NCBI GenBank assembly: GCA_021817165.1
Contig: JAKAVT010000004.1
Span: forward strand, 1,757-65,756
Length of the DNA: 64,000 nt
Direction of reading: 5' to 3'
DNA from: Nanobdellota archaeon
Lineage (GTDB): Archaea > Nanobdellota > Nanobdellia > Parvarchaeales > Parvarchaeaceae
Shown here: positions 55,356-64,000 of the stretch, in pieces
Layout: every line of letters starts with the position of its first letter
Position numbering within the stretch: position 1 is the stretch's first letter
The notes under the pieces: model-generated
What the model was told of the DNA's origin: nothing
Databases searched by the model: none
The model's input: the letters and a program-made list of their open reading frames with translations, nothing else
Translations under genes and position numbers: made by a program

Positions 55356-56066
55356 TTACAGATGGATAACGCCGCTTGGATAAATCATTGTTCTGCTGGA
55401 TTTTGAAAGTTTTCTTACTAAGGCATTTGAATCAACCGATAAATGAACGGGTACAAGCTTTTTTGCACGGCTTTCCGAAAAGACCCTCATCGTAGAGCTG
55501 TAAGTGGAATGCCTCCAAAAATCGGCTTCCTTTTGTTTGTTATCCAAGTAAGTCATTTCATGCAGCAGTAAATCAACGTCCTCTGCGCCTTTCACGACGT
55601 TCTCGCTGTAGGCGGTATCTCCGCTGTAAAATATTGTCTTGCCCTTGTAATTTACCCTGTAGCCGTTGTCGGTTACCAGATGCTTCGCGCGGAATGGCTG
55701 GATAAATTCATAGCGCTTGTCTTCAATAAATTCGGCATTTATCTTGAATTGCCTGGGAGTCTGCAGCGTTCTAAGAAGCCTTTCTGTATTGGTTTTTATC
55801 CCCTTTGGGCCGAGAACTATGAGCTTGTTTTCTGCTTTGTATATCGATCTATACCAGAATAATTCTGGCAGGCCGCTGAAATGGTCCAAATGCATGTGCG
55901 TTATAAGAACCATCTCTATTTTTCTGGGGTCTATTCTTGAGTCAAGAAGCGACTCTATGGTGTGCGGGCCGAAGTCAAAAACAATTTTGTCATCCAATGC
56001 AAAAGATACGTTTCTTTCCCCTCTTACAAGATTAGAGCTCCACTTCCCAAGAAATCTTATGTTCAT
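55356..56066 (-). CDS. MBL-fold hydrolase (RNase Z/phosphodiesterase-like)
   Basis: FDFG, THMHLDH, YSGDT, LHEMTY, HST, PVHL. Confidence 0.88.
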   Translation of the reverse strand: MNIRFLGKWSSNLVRGERNVSFALDDKIVFDFGPHTIESLLDSRIDPRKIEMVLITHMHLDHFSGLPELFWYRSIYKAENKLIVLGPKGIKTNTERLLRTLQTPRQFKINAEFIEDKRYEFIQPFRAKHLVTDNGYRVNYKGKTIFYSGDTAYSENVVKGAEDVDLLLHEMTYLDNKQKEADFWRHSTYSSTMRVFSESRAKKLVPVHLSVDSNALVRKLSKSSRTMIYPSGVIHL

Positions 56067-57442
56067 TTTTCTGTCAGTTCTTCTAGGCTTTTATCCTTTG
56101 TTTCCGGTGCAAGGAATATTGTAAGCAAAAGCCCTATCAATCCTGCTATTGCGAAGAATAGTAATCCATAACCTAAGCCGTACAATGCTACTATCGTAGG
56201 AAAGGTCGTTAAACCAAGTATTGCACCTATCCTGCTTATGGAAGTCCCCCATCCCTGGCCGGTAGCACGTATCGTCGTAGGGAAAAGCTCCTGTCCGTAT
56301 ACGAAATCTGTACTGCCCATCCCCCATGACTGGGTAAGCTCGAACAATATGTACATTGTTGCTATTACCGCTCCTGTTATGCCTGCTGCAAATGCATCCG
56401 TGGGAGTGCGCATTGCTATTATTGCTAAAACTAGAAGCGAAACAAACATGCCTGCGAAACCAAGTATCGTTACGGTCTTCCTTCCCCACCTGTCTACGGT
56501 AAGGATGCACATTACAGAACCGATTATGGCTATTGAAGAAAAGATCGCTGACCCTAAAATAGACAGACTATGACTTAATCCAAGCAGGATAAGGATGGTA
56601 GGCGTAAACAGCCCTATGCCGTAAAATGCAACGTCGTAGAAGAACCATGCCAAACCAAAGTATATCGTGTTCTTTATGTATTTTTTATCAAAAAGTGTGA
56701 AAAATGAAACTTTATTGTGCGTTGCTTTGAGTACATCCGAATGTCCGCCGGTTATCATCTTTTCCGACTGCTTTGCCTTTTCTACCTGGTTGTTGTTTGC
56801 CAGCCATCTTGCGGATTCCGGTACTTTTCTCCTAAGTATAAGAACTATTATCGCCGGGATGATGCCTATCGCGAACATTACCCTCCATGAATTAATGCCT
56901 AATGGAAGAAGAAGATACCCTACTACAAATGCAAACGCTGCACCGACCCACCATGCCAGACCGTCGCTTGCTAGGAATTTGCCCCTTGACTTCTTTGGAG
57001 TAATTTCAGATATTATGGTAGCTCCTATTGCGTAATCTGCACCTATTGCTAAACCTAAGATTAATCTAAAGATAAAAAGAGACCAGAAATTAAACGAAAG
57101 AGTGATTGCAGCAGTAAATACGATGAAGATTACCATGTCCCAGAGGTACATGAACTTCCTCCCCTTAACGTCGGTTATGTAGCCTATTGACAATGCGCCG
57201 AAAAGCATTCCTATCGTCGTAGAAGCGGCCATCAAGCCTTTCCCTAATGGAGTATTTGTATAGCTGAAAGCGCTTATGGCAGTTATTATGGTCAAAGCAA
57301 CCCCTATTATGGATATGTCGTATCCGTCAAGAAAAGTGCCCGCAACTGACAGTAAAGTTATCCTGTAATGATTTGAATTTGTCTTGGCGTTATCTAAAGC
57401 AGAATAAGAAGCGGTCTTTGCGGCCTTCTGCTTTTGTTGCAT
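56063..57442 (-). CDS. MFS transporter (sugar porter-like)
   Basis: LDGYD, D.KGRK, G.AIGADY, E..P...RG, WR, PESARW, DRWGRK, ELFPT.IR, PETK. Confidence 0.94.
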   Translation of the reverse strand: MQQKQKAAKTASYSALDNAKTNSNHYRITLLSVAGTFLDGYDISIIGVALTIITAISAFSYTNTPLGKGLMAASTTIGMLFGALSIGYITDVKGRKFMYLWDMVIFIVFTAAITLSFNFWSLFIFRLILGLAIGADYAIGATIISEITPKKSRGKFLASDGLAWWVGAAFAFVVGYLLLPLGINSWRVMFAIGIIPAIIVLILRRKVPESARWLANNNQVEKAKQSEKMITGGHSDVLKATHNKVSFFTLFDKKYIKNTIYFGLAWFFYDVAFYGIGLFTPTILILLGLSHSLSILGSAIFSSIAIIGSVMCILTVDRWGRKTVTILGFAGMFVSLLVLAIIAMRTPTDAFAAGITGAVIATMYILFELTQSWGMGSTDFVYGQELFPTTIRATGQGWGTSISRIGAILGLTTFPTIVALYGLGYGLLFFAIAGLIGLLLTIFLAPETKDKSLEELTEK

Positions 57443-57593
57443 ATGTTTTAATAATTTTAAACGTATTTAAATCTTTTTGTTTTGAAGAATTTTTTGATTA
57501 AAACGGCGCAAAGCAAAAAACAACAGTTATTTTAAATTTGAATGTGCGAAGCCTGACAAAAAGACATAAAAACAACACTGTCAATATAATTAA

Positions 57594-57959
57594 ATGGAGC
57601 AGACGGACATTACAAGAAACGTCGTAGAACTGAGGGAATCGCTCAAGATTTTTGACCAGAGGATTTCGCAGCTTAAGGACACGATTAAAATGGTGGATCA
57701 GAACAACCTTGAAAAGTACAAGGAGATAAAGCTTGCGTTGCAGGAAATAAACAACGAGCTTTCAAGCAGCAAAACAAAGATCTTTGAGTTGGATGACGCC
57801 TTGAATAGACTGGAAAGACAGTCTGAAACGTACGCAAAAGTGCAGGACTTAAAGGTGATAGAGAAATACCTTAGCTTTATAGACCCTTCAAGGTTTTTAA
57901 ATAAAGACGACATTATTAAAATTGTAAACGAATACATGAACAGCAAAAAATGGAGCTAG
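57594..57959 (+). CDS. Coiled-coil hypothetical protein
   Basis: Continuous heptads; C-terminal LKVIEKYL.FIDP.RF....D. Confidence 0.75.
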   Translation: MEQTDITRNVVELRESLKIFDQRISQLKDTIKMVDQNNLEKYKEIKLALQEINNELSSSKTKIFELDDALNRLERQSETYAKVQDLKVIEKYLSFIDPSRFLNKDDIIKIVNEYMNSKKWS

Positions 57960-57962
57960 AAC

Positions 57963-58592
57963 ATGAATCTCATAAATGCATTTAAAAAGAAGGACGAGAA
58001 TGAAGTGCCGGACGTAAGTTCGATGCTGAGCAACGGAATGAGCCAGCAGGACATAATTGATAACTTAAGACAGCAGGGCTATGACAGTACCACAATAAAA
58101 AACGCGCTTGTCAACGCGCTTAAAAACAACACCCAAAGGCAGACTGCACAACCGGTACAGGAACAGCAAATGCAAAGGGTACAGCCGATCCAGCAACCTG
58201 TGGTTCAGGAAGACAAACAGTCTTATGAAAATAACGCCGGTGGAATCAACAGCCAGAACTTGGAAAACATACAGCAGATACTTGAACAGATAATAAACGA
58301 GAAATGGAAGAACTCCTCTTCGGACCTTAATTCACTCAGATCAAGCGTAAACATAAACACAAATTCCATAGAGAATATCAAAGACAATCTGGAAAAGCTT
58401 GGACAGAGGATAGACAGCATACAGAACACTATGGTCGGAAAGACGGAAGAGTACAACAAAACGATATCAGACGTAAACGTAGAACTTCAGGCCTTTGAAA
58501 AGGTCATAGACCGTTTGGTCCCTGCAATAAGCGACAGCATAAGGGAATTAAGGGATCTCATAGACGACCTGAAAACACAGAAAACCGCTTGA
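57963..58592 (+). CDS. Coiled-coil hypothetical protein with small N-terminal helical domain and Gln-rich linker
   Basis: GMSQQDII.NL.QQGY, Q-rich linker, IINEKW, heptads; 3 nt after the preceding gene. Confidence 0.78.
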   Translation: MNLINAFKKKDENEVPDVSSMLSNGMSQQDIIDNLRQQGYDSTTIKNALVNALKNNTQRQTAQPVQEQQMQRVQPIQQPVVQEDKQSYENNAGGINSQNLENIQQILEQIINEKWKNSSSDLNSLRSSVNINTNSIENIKDNLEKLGQRIDSIQNTMVGKTEEYNKTISDVNVELQAFEKVIDRLVPAISDSIRELRDLIDDLKTQKTA

Positions 58593-58599
58593 TTTAAAG

Positions 58600-58707
58600 C
58601 TTAAATAGCACCTGCATTCTTTTTAGTTCATATGGAGAAAATGCACATTTCATCGTTGTAAACTGTGCATGCATTTTCCCTAAAAAATCGGTGAGGTACG
58701 AAAAATT
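58600..58707 (+). promoter_or_regulatory. TATA, structured 5' leader and Shine-Dalgarno of 58708
   Basis: TTAAATA at about 58601, inverted repeats GAAAATGCA (58637-45)/TGCATTTTC (58670-78), SD GGTGAGGT at 58690-97. Confidence 0.6.
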
Positions 58708-59559
58708 ATGACCAGTGAAAAAGACCTTGAAAAAATCATAAGCGAGATTGATGAAGCGAGCCTTGACAAAGCAGCGTCTGGGATTTTCAAAATGTCCGCA
58801 AAAATGAAGGAAAAAATGCGGCTTGTAAAGGACTCAAACGAAATCGAGTTATACTATCTTAGCATGTTGCCTGACAATGAAGATTATTTGAAAAAAATCA
58901 AGAACATGCAGCTAAACGAGATGGAGGCATTGTATGCTGCTCTTAACCACCCCATACTGTTCGCTGACTTGGACGGCAAAAAACTGGATTATTTCAGCGA
59001 GGAGTTTAAAGGTTTGGACCCTGTCTACGGCATAAAGGAAAGGGAAATCAATGGTACAGAAGCGAAGAAGATATCAAAACTGTATTCCATGTCTGAAAGC
59101 GTCGATTCAAAACAAGATCTAAAATATGCCGAAATGTACGACGTTTCTTACAAGATAAAGCAGGGAGGGGTAAAAGTGATAATGAATGCTAATGAAACGG
59201 GATTTGAGTTTTACCTTGTAGACTTGTCTGCGCTTGGCAACGATGGCAATAAGATAATAGATTACTTAAGCGGTCTTAAAAACGACGATGCAAGCTATTT
59301 CGCAAGCGTTTCCAACGATTTCTCCATAATAGACATGGACAAGAAAATACTCTATACCATGAAAAGTTCGACTGATAAAAATGGCAAAGAGACGATAAAG
59401 ATGTCTAAACACGAAAACAAGGAAGAAGAATACGGCTTCATGTATAAGCTCATGGGCCTGGCAAAACAAAACCCTAAAGTTAAGGTGCTTTTTGTGAATA
59501 AGCCGGAAGAAGAAACGTATCATACTGACAGCAAGCCGCCTTCCGACATGTACGCATGA
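58708..59559 (+). CDS. Hypothetical cytoplasmic protein ending in PPSDMYA
   Basis: 283-aa ORF with a strong SD; no TM segment. Confidence 0.75.
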   Translation: MTSEKDLEKIISEIDEASLDKAASGIFKMSAKMKEKMRLVKDSNEIELYYLSMLPDNEDYLKKIKNMQLNEMEALYAALNHPILFADLDGKKLDYFSEEFKGLDPVYGIKEREINGTEAKKISKLYSMSESVDSKQDLKYAEMYDVSYKIKQGGVKVIMNANETGFEFYLVDLSALGNDGNKIIDYLSGLKNDDASYFASVSNDFSIIDMDKKILYTMKSSTDKNGKETIKMSKHENKEEEYGFMYKLMGLAKQNPKVKVLFVNKPEEETYHTDSKPPSDMYA

Positions 59560-59612
59560 GCTTTTTAGATGCTGCAGACATTGATTAAAACGCATTGCGA
59601 TTCTTTGCATCG

Positions 59613-60902
59613 TTATGGAATCAGTCTTTCTGGCGTTCTTGGCAGCAGAGTCGCTTCCGCTACGTTTTCTAGATTAAGCATCTGCTTTACTATTCTTTCT
59701 AGGCCGGTGCCTGAGCCGCCATGTGGTGGCACGCCGTACCTGAAAAAATCCGTGTAGAATTTGAACTTTTCTGGATCCAGATTCTTTTCCTTTAACTGTT
59801 TTATTAGAACGTCATATCTGTGCTCCCTCTGAGCCAGAGTAGTTATCTCCAGGCCCTTGTATATGAGATCGGCCCTGTTCGTAACCTCTTCATTTCCTTC
59901 TTTTTTCATGTGATAGAACTGTGCGATTGACCATGGAAATTCCGTCAAAAAGAAAAAGTCGCTGCCGTACCTTTCCTTTACGTACTGGCCCATTATCCTT
60001 TCCCCTTCCGGATCAATATCACCGTCTTCTTTAAGCTTGTTCCCGTATTTCTTCAATATCTCTCCTGCTTCCTTTATCGTTATCCTTGGGAAAGGCGTTT
60101 TCAACTCTTCTAGGTTTATGCCGTAAAGCTCCAAATCGTTCTTGTTTCTTTCCCTGACTTCTTTAAAGATTCGAAGCATAAGCTTTTCCATTACTGTCAT
60201 TACTTCTTCGTATGAATTTATGAAGCTCATCTCCAAATCAACGCTTGTGTACTCGGTCAAATGCCTCGTTGTGTGGTGCGGCTCTGCCCTGAAAACGGGG
60301 CCTATCTCAAAGACTTTTTCAAAGCCTGCGGCCATCATCATCTGCTTGTAAAACTGCGGAGATTGCGCTAGAAAAGCGGTCCTGTCAAAGTAAAGCACTT
60401 TAAAAACATCTGCCCCTCCTTCTGTGGCTTGCGATATTATTTTTGACGAGTGTATCTGGTAAAAACCGTTGTCTTCAAAGAACTTCGTTATTGCATTGCT
60501 TACCGTGCTTTGTATTTTAAAGATGGCTGAAATCTTCGGCTTCCTCAAACTCAAAAACCTAAAGTCAAGTTCCTTGTCCAAAGAGGACTGCACTTTGTCG
60601 CTTAGGTTAAGCGGAACCGGCTGTTCAGCCACTGTCAGAATCTCCAGCTTCTTTGGTATAACTTCATAGCCGTTTACTGCCTTTGGGTTTTCCTGTCTTT
60701 CTCCGACAACCTCTATGACGGATTCGGCCTTTATCTCCGCAAGCTTTTCAAAAAGTTCTGGATTTGAATTCTTGGAAACGGTTATCTGGTATTTTCCGTT
60801 TATGTCCCTTAGCGTTATAAACGCCAAACCGCCGAGATTCCTTACGTTTTCGGCCCATCCCCTTATTTCCACGTTTCCGTCCTTGTTTATTATCATAAAC
60901 AT
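59613..60902 (-). CDS. aspS: Aspartate-tRNA ligase, archaeal type
   Basis: OB-fold RGW...RNLG...LRD, LAQSPQ.YKQ, FRAE, RHL.E, PPHGG.G.GLER. Confidence 0.95.
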   Translation of the reverse strand: MFMIINKDGNVEIRGWAENVRNLGGLAFITLRDINGKYQITVSKNSNPELFEKLAEIKAESVIEVVGERQENPKAVNGYEVIPKKLEILTVAEQPVPLNLSDKVQSSLDKELDFRFLSLRKPKISAIFKIQSTVSNAITKFFEDNGFYQIHSSKIISQATEGGADVFKVLYFDRTAFLAQSPQFYKQMMMAAGFEKVFEIGPVFRAEPHHTTRHLTEYTSVDLEMSFINSYEEVMTVMEKLMLRIFKEVRERNKNDLELYGINLEELKTPFPRITIKEAGEILKKYGNKLKEDGDIDPEGERIMGQYVKERYGSDFFFLTEFPWSIAQFYHMKKEGNEEVTNRADLIYKGLEITTLAQREHRYDVLIKQLKEKNLDPEKFKFYTDFFRYGVPPHGGSGTGLERIVKQMLNLENVAEATLLPRTPERLIP

Positions 60903-61019
60903 CTTTCTATCTTTGGATTAATAAATGTATTTCTATCAAAACATATAACGTTGTTTTATGCATTTCCGGTGACGGCTTGAGACATGCAAAGTTAAATTTC
61001 TAGCGGAATTATAATAGAA

Positions 61020-61907
61020 ATGGAAGAAAGCATTGAAGGGGCCAGGCTGCACACTGCAGAGCACGTGTTTGCAAGGGCTCTGCAAGAACAGGGATTAAAC
61101 ATACATGTAAGAAAGGCAGATACCTACAGACCTGACAATATCGGAAAGGCATACGTAAAGGAAATCATACCTTTTGAAAAGATAATGGAAGCCGAAAAGG
61201 CCGTAAATGCAAAAATCCTTGAAAACCTTACAATAACGGAAGAAAACTTTGAAAACTTGGAAGAAGCGATGAAAAAGAACCCAAAACTGAGATTTAATGA
61301 AGACAGGCTTGACAAAGAGCAGCAGGTTAGAGTAGTAACTATAGGGCAATATGATTTTTCCGCATGCAAACACAGGCATGTAGAAAAGACGGGGGAGATA
61401 ACGATGTTTGCTGTAAAACGCATTTCCTATTTGGGAGGAGAGACTGAAATAGAATTTCTTGCCGGAAATGACGCCTTGCTTTTCATCCTGCAAATAAAAA
61501 ACGAAGTAATCAAGGTGGCAATGGACAGGCACTTCATACCAGAAAAGCTTTCGGAATACATAAAAAACGAGAACGAAAGGATTGCTGAAACGGAAAAAGA
61601 AGAAAAAGAAATGCTATATAGGCTGCTGGAAAACGATTCCGGTTTGATATTACTGAAAGGCGTAAAAATATCGAAGTTTTATGGAGAGCTGAATTACTTC
61701 GTAAAAGCGCATCCGGAAAAGTGCACAGGCATAACCAACGGCCAGCAAATAACCGTTATAAAAGGAAAAACCTGCAGTACAAATCTTTTGGAAATCGGCG
61801 AAAAGATAAAGGCCCTTGGTTTTGATGGCAGCGTTAATGAAAGCTCGATAAACGGAAAAGTAAATGAAAGGATAATAAAGGAAATTGAGGGCTTGTGGAA
61901 AACCTGA
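61020..61907 (+). CDS. AlaX-like alanyl-tRNA editing protein with degenerate C-terminal C-Ala/DHHA1-like domain
   Basis: LHTAEH and ACKHRHV..TGEI (HxxxH...CxxxH), VRVV.IG, IEF.AG. Confidence 0.75.
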   Translation: MEESIEGARLHTAEHVFARALQEQGLNIHVRKADTYRPDNIGKAYVKEIIPFEKIMEAEKAVNAKILENLTITEENFENLEEAMKKNPKLRFNEDRLDKEQQVRVVTIGQYDFSACKHRHVEKTGEITMFAVKRISYLGGETEIEFLAGNDALLFILQIKNEVIKVAMDRHFIPEKLSEYIKNENERIAETEKEEKEMLYRLLENDSGLILLKGVKISKFYGELNYFVKAHPEKCTGITNGQQITVIKGKTCSTNLLEIGEKIKALGFDGSVNESSINGKVNERIIKEIEGLWKT

Positions 61908-62464
61908 AAGAGGTATCTGAAGAGATAGTAAGATGCACACTCTGCGATTTATGCTTAAAGAGGAAGAATGCAGTGCCTGGGGAAGGAAACGAAAAGGCCA
62001 GTGTTGTCATAATAGGGGAGGCTCCCGGCAAAAACGAAGACCTGCAGGGCAGGCCATTTATAGGCATGTCTGGAAGATTCCTTTCCAAAGCATTGGAAAG
62101 CATTGGAATAGCTAGATCAATGGTTTTCATAACAAACGCTGTAAAGTGTAGACCTCCAAACAACAGAAAGCCGAAAAAGGAAGAGATAGAGAAATGTCGG
62201 CCTTATCTTGTAAGGCAGCTTTCTGTTATACAGCCAAAGCTTATACTTGCATTAGGAACTTCGGCAGCCTCTTCGCTTGGGATTGAATTCAAGCACTTAA
62301 GCGAGATAAAAAGCAGATTTATCGATATTACGTTAAATGAAAGGCATTTTAAGTGCCTGGTTACGTTCCATCCATCATTTCCAATGCGCTTCCCATCGGC
62401 AAGAAAAGCCTTTATGGAAGACCTTTCTAAAGCGTTTAATTTGTATAATAATTTACCTACATAA
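61895..62464 (+). CDS. udg: Uracil-DNA glycosylase family 4
   Basis: CTLCDL, IGEAPG..ED..GRPF.G.SG, TNAVKCRPP.NR.P, HPS. Confidence 0.95.
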   Translation: MENLKEVSEEIVRCTLCDLCLKRKNAVPGEGNEKASVVIIGEAPGKNEDLQGRPFIGMSGRFLSKALESIGIARSMVFITNAVKCRPPNNRKPKKEEIEKCRPYLVRQLSVIQPKLILALGTSAASSLGIEFKHLSEIKSRFIDITLNERHFKCLVTFHPSFPMRFPSARKAFMEDLSKAFNLYNNLPT

Positions 62465-62507
62465 TAATAGTAAAGTATTTATATAGCTATATCTCATAGT
62501 ATACAGT

Positions 62508-63512
62508 ATGAAAACAGCTAAAAATCAGGATGAAAAAGATAAAAAGAAGGAAGATCAGCAAATGGCTGATGCACAACCTGCTAGTACGGAAACAGCTGGG
62601 AAGCAGACTTTAGATGATATAATGGGGGAAAACGGAGAGCACTACGACGCTTTAAACGAATTCGTAACGGACATAAAACAACTTGAAAACAACAGCTATA
62701 AGAATTTCTCGGAGTTCGGCAAAAACTTTTACCAAAGCTATGAACACTACATACAGCAGAGCTCAATCAAAGACGAAATAAGATTCGCGACAGGTTTTCC
62801 TGCCGGACTAAAAGCGCTTTTAAACAGCACTTCTATTACTGTAGACAAGAAAAAACAGTACATGCAGAGGATGATAAATCAGATTATGCCTGTTTTGTCT
62901 TCCGACTACGCTAAGATAAAGAACAGCTTGTCTCCAGAAAATTACCACAACATGGTAAAGGGTTCGCTGAATGACCCTATGATCATGGTTAGTCCGTTTA
63001 CAACCAACCTGAAACAGGAGCTGGGCAAGAATGAGAATTACGGGAGAACCGTAAATATGAGTCAGATGTCAAAAGACATGGAGAACGACTTAGAAAAAGG
63101 AGATTTTTCAAAGTTGGCAGATTACTTCGAAAAGATACCTTATAACAGGGATACATACAAAAAACTGAATCTTAACGACAGGCAGATAGACAAGATGATG
63201 GACGACGCTAACAAAATATTCAGAGACGTCACTTCGGATTTAAATGATGACTCCAAAAAACAGATTATGGGTTCTCTTATGTTAGTATTGTCGGAAGAGA
63301 GCGACAAACAGTTTTCAAAACTGGACAAAACCCACTCTGTTAATTCGTTCAACAACGCAAATCCAGATCCAGTTACTGGTTTATACCTTGCTTTAAATTC
63401 GTCCAAAAGTCCAGTAAATCCAATTGGTAACGGAGTTGACGCGAAAAATTTTGCAAGAATGATGAGGGGCAATCCTTACGCAGCTAGGTCTGCCATGGGA
63501 TTGACTTATTAG
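62508..63512 (+). CDS. Hypothetical protein (mostly helical, no TM)
   Basis: 334-aa ORF with TTTATATA about 25 nt upstream. Confidence 0.75.
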   Translation: MKTAKNQDEKDKKKEDQQMADAQPASTETAGKQTLDDIMGENGEHYDALNEFVTDIKQLENNSYKNFSEFGKNFYQSYEHYIQQSSIKDEIRFATGFPAGLKALLNSTSITVDKKKQYMQRMINQIMPVLSSDYAKIKNSLSPENYHNMVKGSLNDPMIMVSPFTTNLKQELGKNENYGRTVNMSQMSKDMENDLEKGDFSKLADYFEKIPYNRDTYKKLNLNDRQIDKMMDDANKIFRDVTSDLNDDSKKQIMGSLMLVLSEESDKQFSKLDKTHSVNSFNNANPDPVTGLYLALNSSKSPVNPIGNGVDAKNFARMMRGNPYAARSAMGLTY

Positions 63513-63523
63513 GAGGTGTTTTT

Positions 63524-64000
63524 ATGAAAGTTGTAGGATTTGCAGAAGGGGGGTACAAGGTAATAGATACTAATGGCTCTAGCGCATTAGGAAAAAGCTT
63601 TAATTACACGCAATGGAATAACAATCGAAAATACAACCTGCAGAATTTCGCAGGTTCATTGCAAAGAGAAATGGGCACTGGGAACATAGCCGATTTGATG
63701 GCTTACAATGAAATAGCAAAGGTGCAGGTAGCCGCAGAAATGCCTGGTGCAAAGGTTGTAGGTTTAGAAGACAAGCTTTCAGAAATAAGAAGATTAAATC
63801 AATTGGAGCAGTCCGGACTTCAGCCACAGAAGACATTGGGCCCGTTTAACCCATTACATTTTGACATTATAGATGCGGGAGTGTTGAAAACCTATGATAG
63901 TAATAATAATGTTAAACTTCAAAAAATGTATAGACTAAAGATAGAATATGGTTACAGGATATTAGACAAAAAGAAGGCTTATCACCAGAACATGCATGAT
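63524..64000 (+). CDS. Hypothetical protein, partial (runs off right edge)
   Basis: Not in the ORF track. SD AGGAGGTG, then MKVVGFAEGGYKVIDTNGSS..., open to the window end. Confidence 0.75.
   Translation, partial: MKVVGFAEGGYKVIDTNGSSALGKSFNYTQWNNNRKYNLQNFAGSLQREMGTGNIADLMAYNEIAKVQVAAEMPGAKVVGLEDKLSEIRRLNQLEQSGLQPQKTLGPFNPLHFDIIDAGVLKTYDSNNNVKLQKMYRLKIEYGYRILDKKKAYHQNMHD

Noticed and set aside
1..64000. CRISPR array, rRNA, transposase/IS or provirus
   Set aside because: No regularly spaced repeats, long GC-rich structural RNA, transposase, integrase or capsid motifs seen by eye.
1..64000. Stop-codon reassignment
   Set aside because: Conserved proteins are full length under the standard code and end at TAA, TAG and TGA alike.

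Overview
Gene-dense, AT-rich archaeal chromosome segment with short intergenic gaps and mostly leaderless genes (TATA about 25-30 nt before ATG). Several features suggest, by inference only, a small DPANN archaeon, probably an acidophilic Parvarchaeota-like lineage: an S-layer protein with Methanococcus/Thermococcus-type termini, Spt5+uL11, a HerA/DUF87 ATPase, an archaeal type IV pilus ATPase with two PilC/TadC paralogs, Thermoplasmatales/Sulfolobales-like glycosyltransferases and many orphans. The window holds: a surface-glycan/polysaccharide cluster (1.8-6.5 kb); truD; the S-layer gene; folE plus a DHFR-like gene; XPD; an AT-rich glycosylation island (23.7-35.4 kb) with GT4, a sulfatase-fold protein, two pairs of paralogous GT2s, a sugar C-methyltransferase, rmlABCD and FkbM, followed by an AbiEi/AbiEii type IV TA pair; CysRS; AspRS; an AlaX-like editing protein; two stand-alone tRNA-binding OB-fold proteins; cytochrome bd (cydAB); an S66 peptidase; gpmA; MFS+MBL; UDG; and five tRNA genes (Gly-CCC, Ser-CGA, Cys-GCA with a 38-nt intron, Lys-TTT, Val-CAC). 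No CRISPR array, rRNA or intact mobile element was seen. Best leads: (1) a tRNA-Cys precursor whose intron and 5' leader are complementary to adjacent halves of its own D-arm; (2) a stand-alone degenerate AglB/STT3 C-terminal-like protein coupled to a shortened eS26-like gene; (3) an orphan protein with a structured SD-bearing leader and a C-terminal HbYX (proteasome-docking-like) tail; (4) a processive GT2 synthase operon with a CxxC-less thioredoxin-like partner and a GT-C enzyme; (5) a possible branched C-methyl deoxysugar pathway bracketed by GT paralogs with near-identical 5' ends. All family calls come from reading motifs by eye; no database search was run.
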